Assembly: GCA_964016885.1 (NCBI GenBank)
Contig: CAXHJY010000079.1
Coordinates: forward strand, 124,001-188,000
Length of the DNA stretch: 64,000 nucleotides
Reading direction: 5' to 3'
From: Eledone cirrhosa
Taxonomy: Eukaryota
Positions 16,472 to 31,384 of this stretch are shown piece after piece (position 1 is the stretch's first letter; each line of letters opens with the position of its first letter). The position numbers and the translations under genes are program-made. Below the pieces are notes generated by a model. It saw only the letters and a list, made by a program, of their open reading frames with translations. It ran no database searches and had not been told where the DNA came from.

Positions 16472-16696
16472 TTAACCCTTTAGCATTTACTCTATATTAA
16501 CTATTGTATTTTCATGGAAAACACTTTATTTCACATAATTATCTCACATAATATCGAATCTACAAGATCTTGATATTATTTATTTTGAGAACAATACCTT
16601 AACATAAGTATGAGCAGCTAGTTACAGCTGGTTTGAACAGAAAAAAGGTGAGAGAATTCTGGCCGGATATGGCCAGTTTAAATGCTAAAGAGTTAA
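16472..16696 (-). mobile_element. piggyBac-type MITE (TTAA target site)
   Basis: TTAA-CCCTTTAGCATTTA ... TAAATGCTAAAGAG-TTAA; homologous to 62035-62247 and 53189-53983. Confidence 0.85.
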
Positions 16697-19171
16697 TGAC
16701 TTGGCTAATTCATAGATTGAGCAAAGAGGCTCTGTTGCTGATCAAGATACAATACCAACCATTGATATCTCAGTTGGTTTTCTTTACTACACTATCCATT
16801 TGGCCATTTCTGCTCCTCGTTCTTTCATATGAATTAAACATTTCGAAAACCTTAATTTTTCATTTTTTTTGTATTTTTATCTTTTGTCAAAGTTACAACA
16901 TCACTGTTCAAATACTATTGCAGAAATCAATAATAGTTGTAGAAATTAATTATATTATTTAATAGTGATGTGTTTTGTAATGATAATTAGAATGTAAAAT
17001 TTAGACACATCATTCATTAGCATCTCATTAGCATAAAACAAACGAGTAGAGGAAGACAAATAACTACGTGTACAGATAAAACAAAAGATGGTAATGAAAG
17101 ACAAACAAAAAGAAATTTACAACAATAGCATTGTTGTCACAAATTTGATTGTGTATCGTTATCATAACTACTACCACCGTTATCATCATCATCATCATTA
17201 TCGCCACCAGCAGCATCACCTCCACCACCACCACCACCACCATAAACCTTATTACCTTCATAATCATCATCATGGCAAATAGATATTAAACTATGATAAG
17301 GATGATATATATATATATATATATACATATATATATTCACATATATACATATATATATATATATATTACTCTATTACGTGCTCCAGCCGACAGGCTAAGG
17401 CCATACTGGAGCACTGCCATATATCCATGTTGAGATAGAGAGAGAGAGTGAGAAACATTTTGTGAGAAAGAAGTTTCTTCAAATTTTTTTGATTATAGAA
17501 AAATAGTCCAAACAATATGGCTTAAAGACAAATATTCCTTTAATGGAAAAATACTGACATACCACAATACCACACACATAAGGTATTTCCCTCCCAAAGA
17601 AATAGACTTCTACATGTTGGTCAACCAATACCTTTGTGTAGATTAGATTTGACCACACAGCATATATAGAATCTTGTCTTACACTTACTACCCAAACATG
17701 TTATGTTCCTAAATAATTTGGTGTCTATTCCTTCTTGACCACAAGGGGAAATATGGGTCAGACATTTGTGTAATCGGTAATTCTGGTCACAATTACAATG
17801 AAATGCCAGCAGCAGGAATGGGTGAGAGTTGAACCTATGACCTATGGTGTAGACTGTCCAATACTTTATCAACTAAGCCATTTCTTGCCTATACTGTCAA
17901 TTGCAGTGATGGTTACAACAGTTGCTTTGTTATTCAACATAGACGTATATATATACACTATATTCCTCTGTCTATGACAGCAATCAGAACAACAACAACA
18001 AAAACATTTGATGGTTAAGAGGCCGAAGGTTAGAAGATAGGGGAGGGGTTATTTTGCCATTGAAACTTATTATATACTTGAAATTTCACTTGAGGAGGAC
18101 CATTAGAATCATGAAATAGAATCTTTCAATCCCATTATTATTATTATTACAATCATCATCATAACTAAAATTGCAGTATTTAGTTACGACTTTCTACATT
18201 CTGTGTTCAAATTCCACCGAGGTTGACTTTGACTTTCACCCTTTTAAGCTGGTTATAAAGGATATTCTATGGTGAGAAATATTTTGGTTTCGTAATTTTT
18301 GTGTAAAAAATAATTAATTCTAAGTTTGTTCACAATAATCTGTGTGATTGTATATTTGAACACGTAAACACATATAATTCAATTCACATCACGGAATCGT
18401 TACAGAAATATTAATTTCTAATGTATTCAAAATGTCTCAAATTTGGAGGTGGGGTGTAGTTGATTAAATCACTCTCAGTATACATTACAGGAATTTCATT
18501 TTATCACATCACCTCAATCTTAGAAGGATAAAAGACCAAGTTGACCCCTTGGCAGGATTTGAACTCAGAACACGCATGACCAGAGGCATTTAGTTCAACA
18601 GTCTAATGGCTGTGCCGATGCTGCCACACATGAAGTTGAATGTGGTTGAATAAAGTTGAATAGAGTCCAACTAGTAGATGTAGTAATTTGTACAAACAAG
18701 AACTATGTGAAGCTAGGAATGTCTACTGTAGACTTAAGTTGCTCACTCAGGCAAGTGATTACAAAACAGTGGGGGTTTATTTATTATCTTCATTGAAATC
18801 TTCTGAGTTTAAGATAGAAGAGAGGTTTTCAGTGAAGGATTGCCATGCTAAGCAGGTCATCTTAGCTATGCATCTAAAGAAGAAACACCATTATTAACAA
18901 CTTCTTACTTTCGAAGTGGAACAAAACATTCTTTCCTTGCTTGAACCCCAGTTTACTTCTTTTGTAATATCCCAAACCCTTTCCTAAAGAAATGTTCTTC
19001 CTCAATATTCTATTTTAAGACAAAAATGAATTTGCAGCTTGTTGCAGTTTAGCCCCAGGTTTATTTCCTAATAAAGCAGTCTGATGATCAAAGGTATTCA
19101 AGCCATTCTCTCTTAAGACTACAAAATATAACATGACCTTTCCTTTCATTAATGGAGTTATGGTTCTTTAC

Positions 19172-19288
19172 TTTCTGAGTTCAAATCCCGCCGAGGTTAG
19201 CTTTGCCTTTCATCTTTACGGGGTTGATAAAATAAAATACCAGTAATACACTGGGGTCGTAATACCTTGTGCCTATAGTAGAAACAAT
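19172..19288 (+). mobile_element. SINE family B fragment
   Basis: GAGTTCAAATCCCGCCGAGG...GCCTTTCATC...GGGGTTGATAAAATAA...TGTGCCTA..GTAGAAACAAT. Confidence 0.8.
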
Positions 19289-20882
19289 ACATAAAGAAGT
19301 ATTTGGAAGTTTATTTGGCTGCTAGGTTTACCAAATCAAGTAAAGACTTCCTTCGTAACACCTGTATGATATTTTACCTGCAAATCAAATTAGAATTATA
19401 TAAAGTTATCTATAATTCATTAACCACACAGGTTATGAAACAATTTTAGTTTATTCTCAAAACTATTTAATATAAAAGTTGTTGATATTTAACAGTTTTT
19501 TTATTCCATTTGGGTGAACAATATTATTATTATTGGTTTCCACTGGACTAAACACTAATGTTAGGATAGGATTATTATTCTAATACTCTCACATAAAGTC
19601 TTAGAGACAGATCTAGTCTTGTAATTTAATAGTTTGAAAAAATATCTCTACTCTACTTCATGTATTGAATAATTTCCCTTAAAGTGTGGTTCTCGCTATT
19701 TCAAATAAGATAATTAAGAATTATTTTTGAGAGAGAGAGAAGCAAAAGCAAACCATAGAATCCTGTTGAGGTCAAGGTTACCTTTTATCATATCAGGGGT
19801 CAACAAAATAAAGCTCCTGTCTAGCTTTTTGTATTCTGATTTTAAACCCCATCATTGGCTCTATTTGGGTAGACATGACCTATTATTGGGCCTAATACCA
19901 CCACCTAGCATTTATAGGTCTTTAGCAGAGCCCACTCTATTGTAGGGACTTGGGCCTGGCCTCAGGTTTCGGGAGGATATCTACCAGTCTTGGAGGCCCT
20001 ATAAAAAATGATGGGCTTTCCTTTTCTCTTGACTAAGCAATAATACAGCCTATGAAATGTGAAGAAAAAACCTAGAAAATGTTCAACCCCCACAAAAGTA
20101 CAACAACTACGATGACAAAAGAAAATCAAACTTTCTCTTCATAGCAAGTCTAAATATGTTATATATATGTATGTATGTATGTGTATGTATATGAGAATAT
20201 ATATATCTGTGTGTAGAGAGAGATATATACAATTTATAAAACATTTTTGTTGCTATTGTTGTTATATGAGAGAGAGAGAGAGAGAGAGATATGATGGGTG
20301 GGTGGTTATAGAAAGGCTAGTGTGGGGGGTGAGGGAGATGGGGGTCTGATATCTGTTCTCAAGACACTTAACTGCTTATATTATTGTTGATATCTCATGT
20401 TCATCTTGAATAAACAATGATTTGTTCCATAACAATTTCTAGCTAGCTTCACTTCTCTATTTATTCTAGTATAATTTTCTCTCCGTCCTCACCACACACA
20501 CATACTCTCTCTCAACACACACACACACACTTCTGTCTCATACAGATACACACAGACACACACATACTCTTTCTCTCACACACACACTTCTGTCTCATAC
20601 AGATACACACAGACACACACATACTCTTTCTCTCACACACACACACACACACTTCTGTCTCATACAGATACACACAGACACACACATACTCTTTCTCTCT
20701 CTGACACACACACACACTTCTGTCTCATACAGATACACACAGACACGCGCACACACGCATATATATGTATTACTCCTTATATCTAGCAAAATTCTTGTTT
20801 ATTCATAATTCCTTGCTTGCTGCTACTAATCGTGTATACACACACACACACATATATATATAAACCCACACATATATATACT

Positions 20883-20930
<48 letters not shown>

Positions 20931-21183
20931 AACCCACATATATATATACTCACATACACACATATATACTCACACACACACATATATACACACACACACA
21001 TATGCACACACACACACACACATATATATATAAACCCACATATATATATACTCACATACACACATATATATACTCACACACACACATATATACACACACA
21101 CACATATACACACACACACATATATATATAAACCCACATATATATATACTCACATACACACATATATATACTCACACACACAC

Positions 21184-21216
<33 letters not shown>

Positions 21217-21539
21217 AACTCACATATATATATATACTCACACACACATACACACACACACACACGCATATATATTATATATACACAACATACATTTCTA
21301 TACTTCCCCAAAATGGTTGTAAGAACTCCTGTTGTGTCAAAGACATGAAAATCTCCCTAGTGTTGGTGACAAGACAAAATACACCCAGTACACTCTGTAA
21401 AATGCAGAACCATTAGCAAGATATGTTTCCCAACCCATCTGAAGGCGCAGTAACTACAATTAATTACTGACTTGGTCTGTATCAACCTGTCCAGCACTGG
21501 AAGGGAAAATGGAATTTAAACGATGATTTAGACGCATGT

Positions 21540-22314
21540 ATATACACATAACTATACAACCATACAAACACTGCATATACACACATAACTATACAACCAT
21601 ATAAACACTGCATATACACACATAACTATACAACCATACAAACACTGCATATACACATAACTATACAACCATACAAACACTGCATATACACACATAACTA
21701 TACAACCATACAAACACTGCATATACACACATAACTATACAACCATACAAACACTGCATATACACACACAACTATACAACCATACAAACACTGCATATAC
21801 ACACAACTATACAACCATACAAACACTGCATATATACACATAACTATACAACCATACAGACACTGCATATATACACATAACTATACAACCATACAAACAC
21901 TGCATATACACACGTAACTATACAACCATACAAACACTGCATATACACACACAACTATACAACCATACAAACACTGCATATACACACAACTATACAACCA
22001 TACAAACACTGCATATATACACATAACTATATAACCATACAAACACTGCATATACACATAACTATACAACCATACAAACACTGCATATACACACATAACT
22101 ATACAACCATACAAACACTGCATATACACACACAACTATACAACCATACAAACACTGCATATACACACAACTATACAACCATACAAACACTGCATATACA
22201 CACAACTATACAACCATACAAACACTGCATATATACACATAACTATGCAACCATACAAACACTGCATATACACACATAACTATACAACCATACAAACACT
22301 GCATATACACACAT
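21540..22314. repeat. About 37-bp minisatellite, about 21 units
   Basis: Unit ATATACACACATAACTATACAACCATACAAACACTGC. Confidence 0.96.
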
Positions 22315-22498
22315 AATTGTTTCTATTTTAGGCACAAGGCCAGCAATTACCCAGTACATTACCGGTACTTTATTTTATCGCCCCCGTAAGGATGAAAGGC
22401 AAAGTTAACCTCGGCGGGATTTGAACTCAATCCGTAAAGGGACGTAACTGTGCTGCAAAGCATGGCGTCCGACCCTCTACCGATACTGCCAATCCACT
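22315..22498 (-). mobile_element. SINE family B (tRNA head + GCCTTTCATCCTT...GGGGTCGATAAAATAAAGTACC core, resembling the Meta-SINE domain as recalled)
   Basis: B-box GAGTTCAAATCCC; near-identical copies at 33451, 41669 and 51887. Confidence 0.88.
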
Positions 22499-23599
22499 GC
22501 ATATACACACATATACACACATATACACACATAATGATGCCTACATCTATATGAACACATGCATACACATACAACCAAGCCTACATTTTTACAAACTTAC
22601 ATATAACCATAGCTGCATCTATATGAAAACACAAATACATACACACACACGTAAATGACTGTGGGTTCACACTGGTGTAAATTGAAATTAGGCTAAAATA
22701 AAGTACTCAATACAGTTAAACAGAGTGGAATAATATTATTTATACAAAGTTTAGTCTACGTGGGTGCATACATGTGTGTTTCTATATGCATGCATGTGTG
22801 CGTTTGTAAGTATGCATGTGTGCGTTTGTAAGTATGCACGTGTGTGAGAACCAATTATTAACTCAAGTAAACTTGCGCTGCATGTTATCAAAATAATATT
22901 AACCCAAATTAACTAACGGTTGTTCTCCTAACCACCAGTACCACTGACATCACTACCACCAGCCCCACCACCACTACCACCATCACTACCACCACCAGTA
23001 CCACTGACATCACTACACCATCACCACCACCACCACCAGTACCACTGACATCACTACCACCAGCACCACCACCACCACCACTACCACCATCACTACCACC
23101 ACCAGCACTACCACCACTAATCTCCCACCACCATCATCATCACAAATGTTTAAATACACACTGCCACCACCACCCTATTACCACCACCAGCACCACCACC
23201 ACCATCATCACACAAATGTTTAAATACACACTGCCACCACCACCACCACTAGCACCACTGCCACCTCCACCACCAGCACCACCACCACTAATCTCCCACT
23301 ATCATCATCACACAAATGTTTAAATACACACTGCCACCACCACCACCACCACCACTAATCTCCCACTATCATCATCACACAAATCTTTAACTCCACACAC
23401 ATGTTAAACTTTATTCACTAATATTCCACATATCATTTCTGTTCTTATGTAAACAATGAAAACCTCAAAAACTAAATATAAACATTATTATTTTATATCT
23501 ATTTATATTTTCCATATTTTGAGAATATTCCAAAAAATATGTTAAAGGAGAAGAATTAATTTATTTAATACTTTTCATATACCACAACTTTTTCTTTCA

Positions 23600-24196
23600 C
23601 ATCATCATCATCATTATCATCATCACTGTTTAACGTCCATTTTCCCACGATAGAATGGGTTAGACGTGATGTCCAGTTGTTAGACAAGCCAAGTCAGATG
23701 TCTTGCTCATACAGAACTGGTTCTGGCTTGGTTTCTTTGGCTGGTTGCCTTTCCTAACATCAACCACATTTACAGTGTGTACTGGGTACTTTTTGTACTT
23801 TTTGTTGTGACACCTACATGCCCACTTTACAGTGTGTACTGGGTACTTTTTGTTGTGACACCTACACGACCACTTTACAGTGAAGACTGGATGTTTTTTG
23901 TTGTGACACCTACATGACCACTTTACAGTGAGTACAGGTGCTTTTTGTTGTGACACCTACATGACCACTTTACAGTGAGTACTGGGTGCTTTTTGTTGTG
24001 ACACATACATGACCACTTTACAGTGTGGGCTGGGTGCTTTTTGTTGTGACACCTACATGACCACTTTACAGTGTGGGCTGGGTGTTTTTTGTTGTGACAC
24101 CGACATGACCACTTTACAGTGTGGGCTGGGTGCTTTTTGTTGTGACACCTACATGACCACTTTACAGTGTGGACTGGGTGCTTTTTGTTGAGGCAC
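23600..24196 (-). mobile_element. SINE family C with an internal 48-bp unit amplified about 9x
   Basis: RTE-type tail at 23600-23670; unit GACCACTTTACAGTGTGGGCTGGGTGCTTTTTGTTGTGACACCTACAT. Confidence 0.85.
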
Positions 24197-24259
24197 CAAA
24201 ACAAATACTTTACAAACAAAATTTTCAACTATGTTTTGTGGTGAAGATATGTCGGTTTG

Positions 24260-24470
24260 GGAGGATGAGAGAAAAATTGCTGAGAAAGAAGACAAACAAT
24301 GAATTGCAGAGGATGGTGGGAATAAAACCAGTGATGAATGTTATGATGAGAAATAGAGTGAGATGGCTGGGTCATGTGTTGAGGAAGGAGAAGACAAAGG
24401 AAGACAGGACTAAAGATATGAAAGCCAAGGTTTTAGTGAGGAGGGCTGCAGGTGATAAGGCAAAAGGTAG
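24260..24470 (+). mobile_element. Decayed RTE-type LINE 3' fragment
   Basis: Translation contains NNELQRMVGIKPVMNVMMRNRVRWLGHVLRKE, the RxRWxGHVxR motif of RTE ORF ends. Confidence 0.75.
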
Positions 24471-24676
24471 AAGCTTGTCACACCTCCCTCTTTACATGAC
24501 TAACCTTGCTTTAACAAGGAAGAAGGCCTCAAACACTTGTTGTCAGTGTATTGAAGGAGGAAGATACTGAAACTGAAAGATGTTAACCTCTGGCAAGTTG
24601 GTGATAAATATTGTTATCTAAGTTATTGTTTAACCCCAGGTCAAGTCTTGAACTAACAGATCTGGCATCACAATCT

Positions 24677-25006
24677 TACCAACAGGTATATTACTAACAG
24701 GTATATTACCAACAGGTATATTACCAACAGGTATATTACCAACAGGTATATTACCAACAGGTATATTACCAACAGGTATATTACCAACAGGTATATTACC
24801 AATAGGTATATTACCAACAGGTATATTACTAACAGGTATATTACCAACAGGTATATTACTAACAGGTATATTACCAACAGGTATATTACCAACAGGTATA
24901 TTACTAACAGGTATATTACCAACAGGTATATTACTAATAGGTATATTACTAATAGGTATATTACTAATAGGTATATTACTAATAGGTATATTACTAACAG
25001 GTATAT
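24677..25006. repeat. 15-bp minisatellite, about 22 units
   Basis: Unit TTACCAACAGGTATA. Confidence 0.97.
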
Positions 25007-25209
25007 TTATTATTCAACACAGATTATTACATTATCAAAGGTGTTCTATTTTGAAGACATTATGGAGTGATTTGAGAGAAAGTTGGCTGCTATTACTAGC
25101 ATAGCAAGTGAAGCCTATAGTGATTACCTGGTGTTGAGATAAATAGTGGTGGGTGTGAACCTAGGGATAAGATAGGGATTAATGTAGGAAGGACCGGGGC
25201 TATAGGTGC

Positions 25210-25550
25210 GGCTGTCTTGGGAAAGGATGGGGTGGGGTGGGGCTGTCTTGGAAAGGAGGGGTGGGGCTGTCTTGGAAAGGGGTGGGTGGGGCTGTCTTGG
25301 GAAGGGAGGGATGGGGTGGGGCTGTCTTGGAAAGGGAAGGATGGGGTGGGGCTGTCTTGGAAAGGGAGGGATGGGGTGGGGCTGTCTTGGAAAGGGAGGG
25401 ATGGGGTGGGGCTGTCTTGGAAAGGGAGGGATGGGGTGGGGCTGTCTTGGGAAGGGAGGGATGGGGTGGGGCTGTCTTGGGAAGGGAGGGATGGGGTGGG
25501 GCTGTCTTGGGAAGGGAGGGATGGGGTGGGGCTGTCTTGGGAAGGGAAGG
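25210..25550 (+). repeat. 30-bp G-rich minisatellite, about 11 units
   Basis: Unit GGGGCTGTCTTGGGAAGGGAGGGATGGGGT. Confidence 0.96.
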
Positions 25551-25624
25551 GAGACAAGAAAATTACAACTCCAGACAAGAAAAGGGGATATTTATACTTT
25601 TTTCTTTCATACAAATATGTGTGT

Positions 25625-25905
25625 GTGTGTGTATGTGTGTGAGAGAGAGAAGTGTGTGTGTGTAAGAGAGAGAGAAGTGTGTGTGTGTAAGAGAGACGTG
25701 TGTGTGTGTTGCATGAGAGAGGGTGGGATATATGTGTATGTGTGTGTTAGATGTGTGTGTATGTGTGTGTATGTGTGTGAGAGAGAGAAGTGTGTGTGTG
25801 TGAGAGAGAGAGAAGTGTGTGTGTGTAAGAGAGACGTGTGTGTGTGTTGCATGAGAGAGGGTGGGATATATGTGTATGTGTGTGTTAGATGTGTGTGTAT
25901 GTGTG
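25625..25905. repeat. 138-bp tandem duplication in GT/GA-rich DNA
   Basis: A 46-codon repeat is visible in ORF 25206..25937. Confidence 0.85.
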
Positions 25906-26859
25906 TGTATGTGTGTGTATGTGTGTTTGAAATGTAGGTGTGTCAGTTGCGTGTGTGTATTAGGTGTGGTTGTGTCAGATTATTATCAGGCGCGTGTGTG
26001 TGTGTGTCAAGTGTGTGTGCTTGCATGTATGTTAGTGTGTGTGTTTATGTGTATAGTTGTGTGTGTCAGATGTATATGTAAGGCTATGTGTGTATGTCTA
26101 TGTCAGATGTGTGTGCTTGAGTGTCTGTATGTATGTGTGTGTTTATGTGAGATGTGTGTGTTTATGTCATATGTGTGTATGTTTATATATATATATGTAT
26201 ATATGTGTGAGATGTATGTGCATTACTGTCAGATGTGTATGTATGTGTGTCATATGTGAGATGTATGTGTATGTTTATATATGTGTATATGTCATATGTA
26301 TATATGTGAGATGTATGTATATGTCATATGTGTATATATGTGTATGTCTATGTTATATGTATGTGTATATTTGTGTGTCTATGTTATGTGTGTATATGTG
26401 AGATGTATGTTGATGACTCCAAAAGATTTCTAATGAGTAATTAATTAAGCAAAGTAGAATGAGTGGAGTGGAGTAGTGAGTAATGATTTGAGTGGAGTAA
26501 TGAGTTAAGCCTGAGTGGAGTAGGGGGTAAGGTGTGAGTGGAGTAGTGAAGAGTGAGAGTTGAGTGGAGTAGTGAAGAGTGAGAGTTGAGTGGAGTAGTG
26601 AAGAGTGAGGGTTGAGTGGAGCAGTAAGGATTGAGTTGAGTGAAGGAGGGAGTAATGAGTCAAGTATAATCTATTAAATATATAAATGGTTTCTAATTGA
26701 GGCACAAGGCTAATAATGTGTAGTGGAGGAGAAAGAGTCAATTATATTGAAACCAGTAGTTTACCGGTACTTTATTTTATCAACTACAGAAAGATGAAAG
26801 GCAACATTGATTTTAGAGAGATTTCAACCTAGGAGAAAGTAAAGGGCTAAAACAGTTGC

Positions 26860-27480
26860 AGGAGCAGGGTTCCTTCTCTGAAGACCTTCTGCTGTACCAC
26901 ACTCCAGACAGTTTCTTACCACAAGATGTCTGTAATGAAATACTACTGGCGATGTCCTGTATGACATTTTCTGTGGAACTGTTTCTAGTATTTCGCCATC
27001 TATTTCATATTGCTTTTGCTGGACATTTGTGAAGGCGTGTGGCTGATTGGTTCGATTCCTGGATCGGGCGATGCGTTATGTCCTTGAGCAAGACACTTTA
27101 TTTCACGTTGCTCCTTGTACCTGGAGTTGTGACCAATAGATAGTATTATCAAGTGGAAAGACCAACGGAAACATTGTTTCCTCGGTCCAATTTGACGAAA
27201 GTCGTTCGACTCCTTTTGCTGGACATGTTGGCAGTAGACCTGCTCCAGTTCTGCCAGACAGAGAACTTGTATGTGGAACTCATCATTTGTTTCTTATACA
27301 GATCTCCAGTAGCTTTCAACCTGATCTTTTGTCACGATGTCTTATACAGAGATGGAGCCTTTCACATTGAAACTACAATAGACAGACATCGGATCTCTGA
27401 CAATCTATTCAACATTTACCATTTATAAGCTGGAGATTTGTATTTCAGTTTTTGAGCTCCGGCTGTAAATTGCTGTTTCA
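26860..27480 (-). pseudogene. Decayed R4/Dong-like non-LTR retrotransposon ORF fragment (pre-RT region)
   Basis: Minus-strand translation with stops and shifts: AQKLKY...LNRLSE/DPMSVY...TKDQVESYWRSV*...LAELEQVYCQHVQQK|QYEIDGEILETVPQKMSYRTSP. This resembles the NRLF..Y / FWxxIW / KAPG region of R4-clade elements. Interrupted by a SINE. Confidence 0.6.
27030..27212 (+). mobile_element. SINE family A with internal deletion and 14-bp target-site duplication
   Basis: GAAGGCGTGTGGCTG head and CORE-like GTCCTTGAGCAAGACAC; CTTTTGCTGGACAT at both 27013-27026 and 27213-27226. Confidence 0.88.
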
Positions 27481-27671
27481 TGTGATATCATTTGTTACAA
27501 TATATGTAATGTTTAAAGACTTATATTAAAATATTTGTATGTAATCTTACTATACATTCTGTGGCTCAATATGTTAAGTTGACTTCATATAAGCAGTAAT
27601 TACATACGGCTGAATATTGGCTGACCAGACCAGTCACCATGTTATGTAAGTAGTATATAAGTATCATCATA

Positions 27672-27731
<60 letters not shown>

Positions 27732-27809
27732 TGTATGTATATATGTATGTAGATAAACACACATCTGTCTATATATATGTACAGTTACACACACGCACAT
27801 ATATATATA

Positions 27810-27848
<39 letters not shown>

Positions 27849-27984
27849 ACATACACACATGTATATACACACGCACACACATATATATGTGGTTGTATGT
27901 GTATGTGTGTATGTATATATATATACATACATACATACACATACAACCATATATATGTGCATGTGTATATATATGTGTATGTGT

Positions 27985-28016
<32 letters not shown>

Positions 28017-28065
28017 GTGTGTACACATACACATATATATACACATGCACGCACATATATATGGT

Positions 28066-28123
<58 letters not shown>

Positions 28124-28453
28124 CACACACACACACGCACACATATATACAAACACACTCATACACAGACATGACGATGACGTTGGTGAGAGAAGGTCAA
28201 ACAAATAAAGATCCAAGAGAAATGTAATTAAAAGGAATCTTTTAGAAGTTTTGGTCTTCTTAGGCATCAGACTAAGAATTGAAGAAGTGAGGAACGGGGG
28301 AGAAGTCACCATATTACTGAAGATTGGTACAACCAATTCCAACATGGATGAACAGGCATTCAAATGTCAATGATGGTGATAATGGAGACTTGCATGTATA
28401 TGTCTGCTTTTATAAATAAGTTTATACATGTGTATGTATATATACACACACAC

Positions 28454-28485
<32 letters not shown>

Positions 28486-28516
28486 ATATGTATATATATA
28501 TATATACACACACATA

Positions 28517-28590
<74 letters not shown>

Positions 28591-28795
28591 TATATATGTA
28601 TATATATGTGTATATATATGTATGTGCGTGTGTGGAAATGCAATCATACATGCATATACATACATATACAGCCACACACATATATACATACATATATACA
28701 TATACAGCCACACACATATATATATATACATATACATACATACACACACATATATATACATACACACACATACATACACACACATATATATACAT

Positions 28796-28858
<63 letters not shown>

Positions 28859-28935
28859 CATACACATCACCATTATTATCACTGTTTAACATCCATTTTT
28901 CCACACTAACATATACACATACTATACATACTTAT

Positions 28936-28998
<63 letters not shown>

Positions 28999-29120
28999 GT
29001 CCCACCCTTGCAAGCAGGGAGAAGTGGACGTATGATGATGATGATACACACACATATACATAGAGATATAGGTGCAGGTAAAGTTGTGAGGTTAAAAAGT
29101 TTGCTTACATCACCACGACC

Positions 29121-29197
<77 letters not shown>

Positions 29198-29789
29198 TTT
29201 AATCTTTTACTAGTTTCAGTTATTTGACTGTGACCATGCTGGAGCACAAGCTTGAAGAGGTTTCATCAATGATATAAATCTCGTTATTTATTTATTCAAC
29301 TCTGGTATTTAATGATCTTTTTTTTGTTGAAGAACATTACATCACCAGACAGGAAGTGTAAATACATACATACATTCACAGACACACATACATACATACA
29401 CACATACATACATACATACATACATACACAGACACACTCACACACATACATGGACACACTCAAATACATGGGGACACACACACACTCACACATGTACGCA
29501 CATAACATAGGCTTCCACTGAAATACTGTCTACCAAATTTCACTCCCAAAGAATTAGTTAGCTATGATAATTTACACAAGGTTTGTAAACTATTTGGGAA
29601 AAGTAAAATAAAATTCTTGCTACTGGTACTTCTGATAATGGTTTCTGATTTAAGAACAAGGCCAGCAATTTTGAAGCAGGAAGAAGTCAATTGAATCAAC
29701 CCCAATGCATTACTGGTACGGTACTTTATTTTATCAACCCGCATATGGATGAAAGGCAAAGCTAACCTCAGTAAATTAAAAGTTTTCTA

Positions 29790-30420
29790 ATCCCAAGGAG
29801 GCTCCATAGAAGTGATTGATAGCTTTTGTTACCTAGGTGATATAATTAACAGTGATGGAGATGCTCCATGAACACAGCCAGAATATGAAGATGGCAAATG
29901 TTCAGGAAGGTTCTACCTCTGTTGACAACTAAAGGTTTCTCTCTACAAAGGAAAGGTTAGCCTGTGTGCAATATGCAATGTTACATGGTAGAGAGACATG
30001 GGCAGTGACTGCAGAGGATATGCAGAGACTGGAGCATGCTTTGATATTTGGGTAATATTAATAAGTATGAACAGTGAAGCATGGATATGGATGAGTTGAG
30101 GGAAAAGCTGGGTATAAGAGGAACCAGATGTGTGTAGGAGAGAAGACTGCACTGGTATGGACATGTGATGCCTATGGAGGATGACTGGTGGGTGAAGAAG
30201 TGACAAGAAATCATAATGGAAGGAAGCCACAGTAGAGGAAGACCAAGGAAGATTAAGGAAGACCTGGGCCGAGGTGGGGAGAGCTGATCTCAAATTATTG
30301 AACCTCACAGAGGAGATGATAAAGAAACGTGATAAGTGGAGGGATGCTGTGCTGGGAAAGACTTGTTCAACCCATGCAAACATGGAAAAACTGATGTGAA
30401 ACATTGATGGTGATAATGAT
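29790..30420 (+). mobile_element. RTE-type LINE 3' fragment
   Basis: Degenerate frames give IDSFCYLGDII and RRLHWYGHVMPMEDD...KTWAEVGRADL; ends CCCATGCAAACATGGAAAA...GATGGTGAT. Confidence 0.88.
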
Positions 30421-31384
30421 TTACCTATATATACACAAATATACATATACGTATATACATACATATACACATACATATACACATTCATATATACACACAC
30501 AATTAACTCTTACTAGCAGGGAACACAGTCGTTAAAATGATGATGATACATACACACATATATATATTTATATATTTATATATTTATAAACGTGTGTGTA
30601 TATAGCTGTAGCTTGATAACGTAGTATAAATTCTAAACATATCATATCTCATATCTTCCAAAACAAAATTTATTGAAGATTTCCAGCAAAGAAGTGCTTG
30701 TCTTTCAGTCACTGAACTTTAAAATTGGGCTATCAACTAATCAACCAGTGAGATAGTTTGTCTATCTCAGCTTCCTAATGAATAAATAGTCTGAATTGTT
30801 GAGATTCAATAATTCTGAATAGAAAATATTTTATGAGTGCTTTCTACACACAAATAAACTCGTAGTTGAGATGATGAGATTAACATAATTTACTGACTGA
30901 TACAGTTTTTTTTAAATTAGATCTCTCTATCATCACACAGATAGAATGTTATGATATTTCCTGTGATCAATAAACAAGATTGCTGCAATAAGACAAAAAA
31001 AAAAAAAATGAAGAAAAAAAGAAAGTAAAGAGAGAAAGAAAAAAAAATTGGAATTTTGGTCGTTTTCTGTATAAATATAGAAACATAGGAGTGAATATGG
31101 TAATGGAAAAATCTATGTTGTTAGATCTTTGGGATATAATTTCATGATGTCTTCGTGTAGTATGATTTAAGGGAGCAAATTAGCAAAGTTTTTAGAGTTC
31201 TGAAGAAATTTTTCTGGTCCTTTGTACTCTGATTTTGAACCCCCTTGTGGTCTGCTTGGCCCTTCATCCCTCCATTTAGGATTGATAAATAAAGTACTTG
31301 TAAAATACTGAGATTCAATTAATTAATACCTCACCCCCAAAATTTCAGGTCCCGTGTCACTTAGAAACAATTAATATTATTACA

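Noticed and set aside
28170-28400. Unique 230-bp island within TA/CA repeats
   Set aside because: No recognisable motif in the frames examined; it cannot be assigned without a database search.
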